DNA of 32,000 bases, from NCBI RefSeq assembly GCF_000008625.1, contig NC_000918.1:990001-1022000 (forward strand), in the 5' to 3' direction. The stretch's first letter is position 1; every line of letters starts with the position of its first letter. Position numbers and translations under genes: made by a program. Of the stretch, positions 16,934 to 26,581 are shown one piece after another. Source of the stretch: Aquifex aeolicus VF5 (lineage in GTDB: Bacteria; Aquificota; Aquificia; Aquificales; Aquificaceae). The notes below the pieces were generated by a model. That model did not search any database, had not been told where the DNA came from, and saw nothing but the letters and a program-made list of their open reading frames with translations.

Positions 16934-19900
16934 ATGGAGATTAAAGAGTACAACCCGAGGGAAATAGAGGAAAAGTGGAGCAGGTACTGGATAGAGAAGG
17001 CACTCTACCACGTGGAAAAACCCGATAAAAGGAAGAAGTTTTCCGTTGTTATACCTCCGCCAAACGTCACGGGTTCCCTTCACATGGGACACGCCCTGAA
17101 CGCAACCCTTCAGGACGTTATCGTGAGATGGCAGAGGATGAGAGGAAGGGAGTGTGTATGGGTTCCCGGGTTTGACCACGCGGGTATAGCGACCCAGTAC
17201 GTCGTTGAAAAGCAGCTCGCAAAGGAAGGAAAGAGCAGGCTTGAACTTGGTAGGGAAGAGTTTTTAAAGAAGGTATGGGAGTGGGTACCAAAGTCCAGAA
17301 ACGCAATAAGGACACAACTCACAAAACTTGGTGTCTCCGTTGACTGGAAGAGGGAACGCTTTACCTTGGACGAGGGATTTTCAAGGGCGGTAAGGAAGGC
17401 TTTCAGAACACTCTTTGAAGAGGGTTTAATATACAGAGCGGAATACATAGTAAACTGGTGTCCTAATGATAGAACCGCACTTTCGGACCTTGAGGTTGAG
17501 TACGAAGAAGAAAAGGGAAGTCTCTGGTACATAAAGTACCCCATAGTGGACGAAAACGGAAAGGACACGGGAGAGTTCATAACCGTTGCAACCACGAGAC
17601 CCGAAACAATGCTCGGAGACACGGCGGTAGCGGTGAACCCGAATGACGATAGGTATAAACACCTTGTAGGCAAAAGGGCTAGACTTCCCCTTGTCAACTG
17701 GGAAAGGAAGGATCTTAGAGGAAACTCCGTATCAAACCTCATTCCCATAATAGCGGACGAAAGGGTAAAGATGGACTTCGGAACGGGAGCGGTGAAAATC
17801 ACCCCCGCCCACGACCCTCTGGACTTTGAAATAGGAAAGACCCACGACCTTCCCTTTGTAAGGGTCATAGACGAGACGGGAAGGATGAACGAAAACGCGG
17901 GAGACTTTGCGGGAATGGACCGCTACGAGGCAAGGGAAGCCATAGTCGCAAAACTGAGAGAAGACGAACTCCTGGAAAAGGAAGAGGAAATCACCCACTC
18001 CGTAGGGCACTGTTACAGGTGTAAGACCGTAATAGAACCTATGGTCTCGGTTCAATGGTTCGTGAAAGTCTCCGACCCCAGAATAAAGGACATTTCCATA
18101 AAGGTAGTTGAAGAGGGAATAAAGGAAAGGGAAGAAAAAGAACTCTTCGTTCAACTCGCACAGGTAGAGGAACTCAGCGTAGTAATTCCTCTGAAGGAGG
18201 AAGGAAGGCACAAGATAGTAGTAGTTCTGGACAAAACAGCCAAGTTTCTTGTCGGAAAGAGAGAAGGAGAGCTCGCATACATATACTACCCCAAGGGTGA
18301 TGAGAGGACCCTTGAATTCGCAAAGAGACTCGCGGAAGAGTTCAAAGACTACGAGTTCATGGTCGCGTACGAGGGACTTCCAAAGATAGTTGTAATGGGA
18401 AACGAACAACTGGTAGAGCCTGGAAGCTACCTTTTTGTCTACGACGGTAAGAAGCTTGACCTTTATAAACTGGAAGGGGAAAAGCCCAAGTTCTTGAAAA
18501 CCCTCGGAAAGGGAGAGGCGGATTTAGAAGTAACCCAGAAGTCAATTCAGATAAAACCCGAAAGGATTAAGAAAGTAGAGGAAAGGGAGAAGAGGGTAAA
18601 GTTTATTCCCGAACACTGGAAGAAATTCTACCTTGATTGGATGTACAACCTGAAAGACTGGTGTATCTCAAGGCAGATATGGTGGGGCCACAGGATACCG
18701 GTTTGGTATTGCAAGGACTGCGGGAACGTAAACGTCTTCACGGACGACGACTTTGATAGGGCACACGACAAGATAATCTTCAACCTTATAGCGGACGGAA
18801 AGATAGACCAAGAGTTTACCCCTGAAGAAGTAGAAAAGGTGTTAAAGTCCCCTCACTTCGTCCACCCCGAGATGACAGTTCTTGACTTTTACAAAAAGTT
18901 CGTCTTTCACAGATACTACAACATGGACATAACCGCGGATTCCCTCAGACTCCTCTTTACTCAGGACATGAACCCTATGGCCATGCTCACTCCCGGCGTG
19001 TCCACGAGGAACATTTACAAGTACGACTCCCAGAAAAAGAAGTGGAAGATGGTTCTCAGGTGCAAAAAGTGCGGTTCTGAGAACTTAGAACAGGAAAGGG
19101 ACGTTCTTGATACGTGGTTCTCTTCGGCTCTCTGGCCTTTTGGAGTGTTCGGCTGGCCCGAAAGCACGGAGGACCTCAAAAACCTCTACCCCACGGACTT
19201 GCTTGTCACGGGCTTTGACATAATCTTCTTCTGGGTTGCGAGAATGATTATGATGGGAACGCACTTTATGAAGGACATACCCTTTTATGATGTTTACGTT
19301 CACGCCCTCGTGAGGGATAAATACGGAAGGAAGATGTCTAAAACCATAGGAAACGTAATAGACCCCCTTGACATAATAGAGCGCTACGGAGCGGACGCTC
19401 TGAGGTTCACGCTCGCAATCCTGACCGTTCAGGGAAGGGACATAAAACTCGCGGAGGAGAAGTTTGAAGGATATAAACACTTTGCGAACAAAATATGGAA
19501 CGCCGCAAGGTACGTTTTAATGAACACACCGGAGGACTTCATAGCGCGAATTCCCTACATGGCACCCTTGAAACCCGAAGACAAGTGGATAATAACGAAA
19601 CTCAACGAAACTGCGGAGGAAGTAAACAAAGCCCTTGAAAATTACCAATACTCTCAGGCGGCTCACGCCATATACGAGTTCTTCTGGAGCGATTACTGCG
19701 ATTGGTATATAGAGTTCACAAAGGAAAGAATTTACAAAAAGGCCCCGGAAGATAACGAAGAGGAAAAGGCAAAGGTGGAAAACGAAAGGACTACCGCACT
19801 CTACACCCTTCACTACGTTCTGGAAAAAGCCCTCAGAATTCTCCACCCCTTCATGCCCTACATAACCGAGGAACTCTGGCACAAACTCCCGAACGCCGAA

Positions 19901-20431
19901 GGAGAGAGCATATCCTTAGCGGAATTTCCCCAGAAAAACGAAGATGAGATATACGAAGAGGACAAACAGAAGGTTGAGAGGTTAAAAGAAATAATCTCTG
20001 CGATAAGGGCTATCCGTTCGGACCTCCAAATAAAACCGAGCGAAAAGATAAAGGCTTCCTTTAAAACTGAGAGCGAGTTTTCCAGAAGAGTAATTCAAGA
20101 GTTCAAGAACCACATACTCAACCTCGCAAAACTTGAAAGCTTTGAAGAAGTCTCTCAAAGGCCTCAGAACACCGTGGCCACATTCTCAAAGGACACCGAG
20201 ATATACGTCCACATAGAGGGACACGTGGACCTCGATAAACTTATTCAGTCTTACGAAAAGAAGAGAGAAAAGCTTTTAAAAGAACTTGAAAGGGTAAACA
20301 AGAAACTTTCTAACGAGAACTTCCTGAAGAAAGCTCCCGTGGAAGTTGTTGAGAAAGAAAAGCAGATTAAGGAAGAACTTGAGAACGACTTAAAGAAAGT
20401 TGAGGAAATCCTGAAGGTTCTCCGCTCCTGA
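16934..20431 (+). CDS. valS: Valyl-tRNA synthetase (1165 aa) with two unusual insertions
   Basis: 'PPPNVTGSLHMGHALNATLQD' (HIGH), 'KMSKTIGNVIDPLDIIERYGADALRF' (KMSKS), 'DVLDTWFSSALWPF', C-terminal coiled coil. Confidence 0.97.
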   Translation: MEIKEYNPREIEEKWSRYWIEKALYHVEKPDKRKKFSVVIPPPNVTGSLHMGHALNATLQDVIVRWQRMRGRECVWVPGFDHAGIATQYVVEKQLAKEGKSRLELGREEFLKKVWEWVPKSRNAIRTQLTKLGVSVDWKRERFTLDEGFSRAVRKAFRTLFEEGLIYRAEYIVNWCPNDRTALSDLEVEYEEEKGSLWYIKYPIVDENGKDTGEFITVATTRPETMLGDTAVAVNPNDDRYKHLVGKRARLPLVNWERKDLRGNSVSNLIPIIADERVKMDFGTGAVKITPAHDPLDFEIGKTHDLPFVRVIDETGRMNENAGDFAGMDRYEAREAIVAKLREDELLEKEEEITHSVGHCYRCKTVIEPMVSVQWFVKVSDPRIKDISIKVVEEGIKEREEKELFVQLAQVEELSVVIPLKEEGRHKIVVVLDKTAKFLVGKREGELAYIYYPKGDERTLEFAKRLAEEFKDYEFMVAYEGLPKIVVMGNEQLVEPGSYLFVYDGKKLDLYKLEGEKPKFLKTLGKGEADLEVTQKSIQIKPERIKKVEEREKRVKFIPEHWKKFYLDWMYNLKDWCISRQIWWGHRIPVWYCKDCGNVNVFTDDDFDRAHDKIIFNLIADGKIDQEFTPEEVEKVLKSPHFVHPEMTVLDFYKKFVFHRYYNMDITADSLRLLFTQDMNPMAMLTPGVSTRNIYKYDSQKKKWKMVLRCKKCGSENLEQERDVLDTWFSSALWPFGVFGWPESTEDLKNLYPTDLLVTGFDIIFFWVARMIMMGTHFMKDIPFYDVYVHALVRDKYGRKMSKTIGNVIDPLDIIERYGADALRFTLAILTVQGRDIKLAEEKFEGYKHFANKIWNAARYVLMNTPEDFIARIPYMAPLKPEDKWIITKLNETAEEVNKALENYQYSQAAHAIYEFFWSDYCDWYIEFTKERIYKKAPEDNEEEKAKVENERTTALYTLHYVLEKALRILHPFMPYITEELWHKLPNAEGESISLAEFPQKNEDEIYEEDKQKVERLKEIISAIRAIRSDLQIKPSEKIKASFKTESEFSRRVIQEFKNHILNLAKLESFEEVSQRPQNTVATFSKDTEIYVHIEGHVDLDKLIQSYEKKREKLLKELERVNKKLSNENFLKKAPVEVVEKEKQIKEELENDLKKVEEILKVLRS

Positions 20432-20434
20432 TTT

Positions 20435-20884
20435 TTACTTACTTTTCTGGCAGTCTTCGCATATACCGAAAATCTCAAGCCTGTGGTGAGCGGGCTTGAA
20501 GTTGTACTTTTTGCATATTTCTTCCTGAAGCTTTTCTATCTCCTCATCAACGAATTCTATTATCCTCCCGCATTCCGTGCACACCAGATGGTCGTGGTGA
20601 GAACGTCCAATAACGAACTCGTAAATGGTTTTATTGTCCTTTTTTATTACTTCCTTAACAGCTCCGAACTCTTCAAGGAGTTTTACGGTTCTGTAAACGG
20701 TAGAACGTGAAACTTTTTTATCCTTGTGATTTGCAATCCAGTTTACTAATTCCTCAATCTCAAAGTGTTTGTTGTAGTCCGCTATAAGGTCTATGAGGTT
20801 TAAACGGGATTTGGTTACTTTCATGTTCTTCTTTTTCAAAAATTTAGTAAACTCCTTCTTTAGTTCTTCAACGTTTACCCTCAT
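20435..20884 (-). CDS. Fur-family metal-dependent transcriptional regulator (ORF extends to 20893)
   Basis: 'VSRSTVYRTVKLLEEFGAVKEV', 'HHDHLVCTECGRIIEFVDEEIEKLQ' and terminal 'GICEDCQ' zinc ligands. Confidence 0.9.
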   Translation of the reverse strand: MRVNVEELKKEFTKFLKKKNMKVTKSRLNLIDLIADYNKHFEIEELVNWIANHKDKKVSRSTVYRTVKLLEEFGAVKEVIKKDNKTIYEFVIGRSHHDHLVCTECGRIIEFVDEEIEKLQEEICKKYNFKPAHHRLEIFGICEDCQKSK

Positions 20885-20899
20885 TAGTATCATAATATA

Positions 20900-21505
20900 T
20901 TAATAATGATTTTCAATTGCAAGAATTCTTTTTAAGTCTTCCTTTGTATTCATGTTAAGTAGCGTGTATCTAAGCTCTTCTGGTATTTCCACCTCGTTGT
21001 ATCCGACATCCTTTAAAAGAGCCCATATTCTGTAATCTCCCTTTTTTATCCTTTCTTCAATTTTTTCTAAAAGTTTTTTTGAGTAAACACCTACGAGTGT
21101 GTGCAGCTTTTCCGTTTTTGCCACGCTTACGGGTTCTTTAAAATTCTCAAGGACGTAAAGTACAGTCTCCTTTTTCATTAAGGGAAGGTCACCAGAAAGT
21201 ACAAATACGTTTTCCTCTTTTGCGTGTTTTAGAGCGGTATAAAGACCAATTATAGAAGCACTTTCTTCAAACTCGTCCAGAACCACGGGAGCGTTTAAGA
21301 AGGAAAACTTCTCTCTGTCTTTTGCCACTATGTAAACCTCTTTAAAAACGCTTTTTGCTGTTTCGTACACCCTTTCTATGACTTTTTTCCCCTTTATCTC
21401 ATAGAGTAGTTTGTCCTCTCCGAATCTTTTACTCTTCCCTCCCGCGAGCACGTAGCAGGTATTCACCTTTGACAAGCTTCCTTTCCTCCACGTAAACGTT
21501 CGCAT
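20900..21505 (-). CDS. mobA: Molybdenum cofactor guanylyltransferase (start may instead be GTG at 21466)
   Basis: 'CYVLAGGKSKRFGEDKLLYEIKGKKVIERVYE' and 'VFVLSGDLPLM' nucleotidyltransferase motifs. Confidence 0.88.
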   Translation of the reverse strand: MRTFTWRKGSLSKVNTCYVLAGGKSKRFGEDKLLYEIKGKKVIERVYETAKSVFKEVYIVAKDREKFSFLNAPVVLDEFEESASIIGLYTALKHAKEENVFVLSGDLPLMKKETVLYVLENFKEPVSVAKTEKLHTLVGVYSKKLLEKIEERIKKGDYRIWALLKDVGYNEVEIPEELRYTLLNMNTKEDLKRILAIENHY

Positions 21506-22328
21506 TTTTGGGAATTTTTCTTCCCCTTATGTGAGGATTTAAATCCCTGAACCTTGACTCGTTCATGGAATACATTATCAGGAAATCCTCAACGCTCATA
21601 GGTATGCCAACCTTTACTATAGCAATTTCTCTTGAGGGTTCATAAAGATGTATTCCGTAATATTCAGGGTTTTGAGCAATTAGAAGCGTTGCAAGAAAGA
21701 GAGGAACGTAATTCTGAGTCTCTTTTGGGAGCTTTCTCCTCTCTTTCCAGAAATTGTAGTTTACATTTCTCCTTATGCAGTTTTCACCGCAGTTGTATGC
21801 AGCGAGGACAAGCTCAAGGTTTTTGAACTCTTCAAGCAAATCCCTCAAATACTTTGCCGCTGCGTGGGTGGACTTTACCACGTCAAAACGCTCGTCGTAA
21901 TCCTTCCTGACTATAAGTCCGTACCTCCTTGCAGTTTGTGGCATGAGTTGCCAGATTCCCGCGGCTCCGCTCCGCGATACCGCAAAGGGATTGTACATAC
22001 TCTCAACAATCGGAAGGTACTTGAACTCCTCGGGCAGTCCGTAGCTCCTGAGTATGGGGACTATTATATTTTCGTAAAGCTTCATTCTGTAAAAGGCATA
22101 CTTCAAGGATTCTCTTTTGGTGAGTAAGCTCTTCAAAGCTCTCAGAACTTCCGGTCTATTCACTTTATTTACGTAAAGAGAACGACTCAATTTAATTATG
22201 TCTTCCTCCGAGAGGGCGGGTTTTCCTTCCTTAATTACGACGTAGTTCCTGTTTTTCAGAACTACTTCCTTGGTCTTCGGTGTGCATCCCCCCACAAGGA
22301 TAAGTATTATTGTTAAAAAAAGCAGCAT
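21429..22328 (-). CDS. Lipoprotein lytic transglycosylase, MltD/SLT family
   Basis: Lipobox 'ILVGGC'; 'LPIVESMYNPFAVSRSGAAGIWQLMPQTARRYGL' and 'VLAAYNCG' (ES...GLMQ...AYN). Confidence 0.9.
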   Translation of the reverse strand: MLLFLTIILILVGGCTPKTKEVVLKNRNYVVIKEGKPALSEEDIIKLSRSLYVNKVNRPEVLRALKSLLTKRESLKYAFYRMKLYENIIVPILRSYGLPEEFKYLPIVESMYNPFAVSRSGAAGIWQLMPQTARRYGLIVRKDYDERFDVVKSTHAAAKYLRDLLEEFKNLELVLAAYNCGENCIRRNVNYNFWKERRKLPKETQNYVPLFLATLLIAQNPEYYGIHLYEPSREIAIVKVGIPMSVEDFLIMYSMNESRFRDLNPHIRGRKIPKNANVYVEERKLVKGEYLLRARGREE

Positions 22329-22350
22329 TTTACTTTAGATTATATATCCT

Positions 22351-22944
22351 ATGGAAAACGTAAAGGAAGACAGGACCTTGGATCTATCTGGGCTCAGTTG
22401 TCCTCTCCCTGTCGTTATGACATCTGAAACGATGAGAAAAATGGAAGAAGGGCAGGTTTTAAAGGTGATTTCCACGGATCCGGGTTTTGAGAGGGATATA
22501 TGGAGCTGGGCAAAGCAAAGTGGGAATATACTTCTCAAGGTTGAGAAAGAAGACGGAAAGACGATAGCTTACATAAAGAAGGCAAGCGAGGCACACGAGC
22601 CATCACTCTGGTACTGGATAAAGTTCCACTCCTTAGGTGTAAAGCTCCACATAAGGCAGTTCTGTATACAGATAAACCCCTTCGTAAAGAAACCCACGCA
22701 CTTTATAACCTTCAGTGCCATCTCCGAAGGAACGAGGGCTGAAAAAGAACTGAAAAAACTCGGTGAGAAAGATGCAGTTCTGATACCAATTCCGGATGAA
22801 ATAGACCCGAGGTGCGGAGTTGTTCTCGCTGTTCACGGCGAGAAAAAGGCAAGGGAGATTTACGAAAAGTTAAAGGATATGGACATAGCGGTTGAAGCCA
22901 TTTACGAAAAGAAAGGAAAAGAGTACGAGAGAGTTTACCCTTAA
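22351..22944 (+). CDS. TusA-like sulfur carrier domain fused to a DUF3343-like domain
   Basis: N-terminal 'LDLSGLSCPLPVVMTSETMRKMEEGQVLKVISTDPGFERDIWSWAK'; C-terminal 'HFITFSAISEGTRAEKELKKLGEKDAVLIPIPDEIDPRCGVVLAV'. Confidence 0.85.
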   Translation: MENVKEDRTLDLSGLSCPLPVVMTSETMRKMEEGQVLKVISTDPGFERDIWSWAKQSGNILLKVEKEDGKTIAYIKKASEAHEPSLWYWIKFHSLGVKLHIRQFCIQINPFVKKPTHFITFSAISEGTRAEKELKKLGEKDAVLIPIPDEIDPRCGVVLAVHGEKKAREIYEKLKDMDIAVEAIYEKKGKEYERVYP

Positions 22945-24686
22945 GCCCTCGCTAAGTTCTTCCTCTTTTTGTAAACGAATTCTTTTAAGCCTTCTAAATC
23001 AAAGGTATTTATTACTTTATCTGGCGTAGCCCAACCTCTCCTTGCGAGTCCTACTCCCAGAAACATTAAGTGCAGTTGCCTTGCAGAGTGGGCGTCCGTC
23101 ACTATCCCTATATAAACTCCCGCTTCCATACACTTCCTCACGTTTTCGGGAGATAAATCCATCCTCTGGGTGTTCAACTCAAGGGCTGTTCCCGTTTCTT
23201 TGGCCTTTTGTATGAGTTTTTCTATGTTTACGGGATAACCTTCCCTGTAACCGTACTGTTTTCCGGTCGGGTGCCCTATCATGTTCACGTAAGGGTTTTC
23301 CATAGCCTTTATAATTCTTTCAGTGTTGTCCTGCTCAAACCGCGAGTGAACCGAAGCCACGACAAAGTCAAACTGCTCCAGCACTTCGTCGGGAAGGTCC
23401 AGAGAACCGTCCGGGAGAATGTCCACTTCCGCCCCTTTTAGTATGTAAAAACCCTTAGGGTTATACTCCTTGTTTAGCCTATCTATTTCCTTCCACTGCT
23501 GTTTATACCTTTCTGGATCAAGGCCGTTCGCAACCCTAGCACTCTGGGAGTGATCCCCTATGACTATGTACTGATAACCAAGCTTATAAGCTGTTTCCAC
23601 CATCTCCTCAAGGGTGTTCACCCCGTCGCTCCAGTTTGTGTGCATGTGAAGGTCCCCTTTTATGTCTTTGAGTTCTACAAGTCTTGGAAGCTTGTGTTCA
23701 AGGGCGAGTTCTATCTCTCCCCAGTCTTCCCTTAGCTCGGGAGGTATCCACTGCATGCCAAGGACTTCGTAAACACCTTCTTCCGTTTCTCCTGCAATCC
23801 TTTCTTCCGTGTCCACCTTAAACACTCCGTACTCGTTTACCTTCAGACCCTTTTCCTTTGCTATGTCCCTTATCCTTATGTTGTGCTGTTTCGAACCGGT
23901 GAAGTACTGAAGGGCCGCACCCCAGCTTATGGGCTCTACGGTTCTGAGGTCCACCTGCCTCCCCGTATCGAGAATAATGCTCGACTTTGTCTCTCCCTTT
24001 GCAAGAACTTCTAAAAGTCCCGGATACTTGGTAAAGTGCTCGTGAATAGCTTTCCAGTTTTCCTTCTTGGCGGAAACGAGTATGTCAATATCCCCTATTG
24101 TTTCCTTCATTCTCCTCAAACTTCCCGCTATTGAGATGTTTTCGTACTTATCCTTAATCCTTTCCATGTACTTCAATACTTCCTGAGCCATCGGGTATGC
24201 TTCTATCAGGGATATCCTTTCCTTGCTCTTTTCCCAGAGTTCTATTCCCCTCAGTATTTTTAAAGCCTTTACGGGGCCAAATCCTCTGATCTTGTTAAAC
24301 TTTCCCTTTTTAAGGGCCTCTATAAACTCCTCTTTTGTCCTTATTCCGAGCTGTTCGTAAGCTATCTTTAAGGTCTTCGGTCCGACTCCCGGAGCGTCAA
24401 GGAGTTCCAGCAGGTCTTCGGGAACCATGCGTCTCAGTTCTTCATACTTCTTTATAGTTCCGGTCTTCAGGAATTCTTCTATTTTTAATAGTGTTGACTC
24501 ACCTATCCCGGGCATGTGGTGGAGTTTTCTCGTATAAAAAGCCTTTTCAACGTCTTCCTGGAGCTCGCTTATGAGGTTTGCCACCCTCCTGTACGTTCTT
24601 ATCCTGTAGGGATTTTCTCCGAGGAATTCAAGGATATCGGCCATTCTCTCAAAGATTTTTGCAAGTTCCTGATTCTTTCTGGACAT
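22941..24686 (-). CDS. polX: PolX family DNA polymerase/exonuclease with PHP domain (581 aa; start trimmed from 24869)
   Basis: 'FLGENPYRIRTYRRVANLI', HhH 'MPGIGESTLLKIEEFLKTG', 'IAGSLRRMKETIGDIDILV', PHP 'GDLHMHTNWSDGVNTLEEMV'. Confidence 0.93.
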   Translation of the reverse strand: MSRKNQELAKIFERMADILEFLGENPYRIRTYRRVANLISELQEDVEKAFYTRKLHHMPGIGESTLLKIEEFLKTGTIKKYEELRRMVPEDLLELLDAPGVGPKTLKIAYEQLGIRTKEEFIEALKKGKFNKIRGFGPVKALKILRGIELWEKSKERISLIEAYPMAQEVLKYMERIKDKYENISIAGSLRRMKETIGDIDILVSAKKENWKAIHEHFTKYPGLLEVLAKGETKSSIILDTGRQVDLRTVEPISWGAALQYFTGSKQHNIRIRDIAKEKGLKVNEYGVFKVDTEERIAGETEEGVYEVLGMQWIPPELREDWGEIELALEHKLPRLVELKDIKGDLHMHTNWSDGVNTLEEMVETAYKLGYQYIVIGDHSQSARVANGLDPERYKQQWKEIDRLNKEYNPKGFYILKGAEVDILPDGSLDLPDEVLEQFDFVVASVHSRFEQDNTERIIKAMENPYVNMIGHPTGKQYGYREGYPVNIEKLIQKAKETGTALELNTQRMDLSPENVRKCMEAGVYIGIVTDAHSARQLHLMFLGVGLARRGWATPDKVINTFDLEGLKEFVYKKRKNLARA

Positions 24687-24722
24687 ACTTTTAAAGTTAA
24701 GCCTTGAATTAAGATTTAAAGT

Positions 24723-25451
24723 ATGAGACTCGGAGTAAACGTTGACCACGTGGCCACCGTAAGGCAGGCGAGGAGAACCTTTGAGCCCTCCCCCGTATTC
24801 GCGGCCCTCATAGCCCAGCAGGCGGGAGCGGATCAGATAACCCTCCATCTCAGGGAGGACAGGAGACACATACAGGACAGGGATTTAGAACTCATAAAGG
24901 AACTAATAACCATTCCCGTAAACCTTGAGATGGCTCCCACTGAAGAGATGAGAGAAATAGCCCTGAGAGTAAAACCTGACAGAATAACCCTTGTTCCCGA
25001 AAGAAGGGAGGAAATCACCACCGAAGGTGGTCTTGACGTAGTATCACTGAAGGAAAAACTCAAAGAATACTTAAAGCCCATAAAGGAGGCAGGTATTGAA
25101 GTCTCCCTCTTTATAGAAGCTCAGAAGGAACAAATAGACGCAAGTGTAGAAGTAGGGGCTGACGCCATAGAAATCCACACAGGAAGGTACGCAAACCTCT
25201 GGAACGAACACAGGTTTGAGGAAGCGAAGGAAGAGCTAAACAGGATAAAGGAAGCGGCAATTTACGCGAAGGAAAAAGGACTGAAGGTTTACGCGGGACA
25301 CGGACTTACTTACCACAACGTAAAAGACTTTGTCAGGGAACTCAAAGGCTACGTAGAAGAATTAAACATCGGTCACTCAATTGTGGCAAACGCCGTGATA
25401 TTCGGATTTGAAAGAGCTGTGAAGGAGATGTTAAACCTTATTAAGACTTGA
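24723..25451 (+). CDS. pdxJ: Pyridoxine 5'-phosphate synthase
   Basis: '[52 protein letters not shown]' and '[10 protein letters not shown]'-type ending. Confidence 0.97.
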   Translation: MRLGVNVDHVATVRQARRTFEPSPVFAALIAQQAGADQITLHLREDRRHIQDRDLELIKELITIPVNLEMAPTEEMREIALRVKPDRITLVPERREEITTEGGLDVVSLKEKLKEYLKPIKEAGIEVSLFIEAQKEQIDASVEVGADAIEIHTGRYANLWNEHRFEEAKEELNRIKEAAIYAKEKGLKVYAGHGLTYHNVKDFVRELKGYVEELNIGHSIVANAVIFGFERAVKEMLNLIKT

Positions 25452-26546
25452 CTCGTATTTTCTCAAAACTTCGGTTATTAATTCGTTGGATATTAAAAGG
25501 TGCTCTTCCTTTATCCTCAGCCTTCCTCCTTTTACTTCAAAGAAATCCCTCAAGTATTCTGGTACAAATTTTAAGTACTTTTCTTCAATACCTTCGGTGG
25601 TTCTCAGTCCCAGCATAATCCTTTCCTTTTCCAGTTCCGTTTCGTCAAGTTGCACCCTAAACTCAACGGGCTTTTTGTCTTCCTTTAGAAATTTTACATA
25701 CTTGCTTATATTTTTCGTGTTCCCGTACCTTACATTTTCGTAAAAGCCCCATGCAGAAACGCCTACCCCTAAAAACTCCTCCATTTTCCAGTAAACGAGG
25801 TTATGCCTGCACTCAAAACCCTCCTTAGCCCAGTTGGAAATCTCATACCTTTTAAAACCGAGCTCCCTCAAACCTTCCGAAAGCATTTTATGAAGTTCTA
25901 CCACTTCCTCTTCTTCCAGAGGCTTAAACTCACCCCTTTTGAAAGCAAGACCCATAGGTGTGTCCTCGTAAAGAGTGAGGAGGTATGCGGACACGTGCTT
26001 TACGGGAAACTTTTTCAGGTGTTCGAGTTCTACTTCCAGATCTTTCAGGCTCTGAGTGGGCCAGCCCCATATGAGGTCGACGTTCACGTTTTCAATTCCC
26101 GCCTCAAATAAACTCTCAAGACACTCAAGACTGTCCTTTACCGTGTGTTTCCTTCCGAGAACCCTTAACCCTTTTTCCGTGAAGCTCTGAACACCCACGC
26201 TTATCCTGTTTACACCGAGTTTTTTTAACTCCTCAAACTCCTTTTTGCGGTAAGTTTCGGGATTGCACTCAACTGTTATCTCCTTGACACCCGAGAGCCC
26301 GAAAACCTTGTCAATTTCCTCAATAATTTCACCGAGTTCTTCTGGTTTTAATAACGTGGGCGTTCCACCGCCGAAGTAAAGAGTTTCAAGTTTTACGTCA
26401 AGTTCTCTGTACAAATTTATTTCTCTCTTTAGAGCACTCAGGTAATCCCTAACGCTTACGGGAGAGTTTACAAGGGACAAAAAGTCGCAGTAAGGACACT
26501 TGTAAGAGCAGAAAGGTACGTGCACGTAAAGGGCTTTTATCATCAA
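25431..26546 (-). CDS. hemW: Radical SAM HemW-like (coproporphyrinogen oxidase-like) protein
   Basis: '[17 protein letters not shown]' CX3CX2C without the extra cysteine of true HemN; '[11 protein letters not shown]', '[15 protein letters not shown]'. Confidence 0.88.
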   Translation of the reverse strand: MMIKALYVHVPFCSYKCPYCDFLSLVNSPVSVRDYLSALKREINLYRELDVKLETLYFGGGTPTLLKPEELGEIIEEIDKVFGLSGVKEITVECNPETYRKKEFEELKKLGVNRISVGVQSFTEKGLRVLGRKHTVKDSLECLESLFEAGIENVNVDLIWGWPTQSLKDLEVELEHLKKFPVKHVSAYLLTLYEDTPMGLAFKRGEFKPLEEEEVVELHKMLSEGLRELGFKRYEISNWAKEGFECRHNLVYWKMEEFLGVGVSAWGFYENVRYGNTKNISKYVKFLKEDKKPVEFRVQLDETELEKERIMLGLRTTEGIEEKYLKFVPEYLRDFFEVKGGRLRIKEEHLLISNELITEVLRKYESSLNKV

Positions 26547-26581
26547 AACTTTAAATTTAGGTTGTATATTAAAAAATCACT

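Noticed and set aside
17110-17868. 252-aa antisense ORF (and other long antisense ORFs such as 1679..2101, 15552..15839, 17732..18409)
   Set aside because: They lie entirely opposite strongly supported genes, have low-complexity or atypical composition and no family motifs. They are shadow ORFs of the codon-biased sense strand.
18120-18596. Considered whether the first ValRS insertion is an intein
   Set aside because: No Cys/Ser at the start, no His-Asn plus Cys/Ser/Thr at the end and no LAGLIDADG/DOD motif. It has the look of a structural insertion.
24687-24869. 61-aa N-terminal extension of PolX
   Set aside because: It is antisense to the start of pdxJ. The conserved PolX N-terminus starts at MSRKNQELAKIF (24686).
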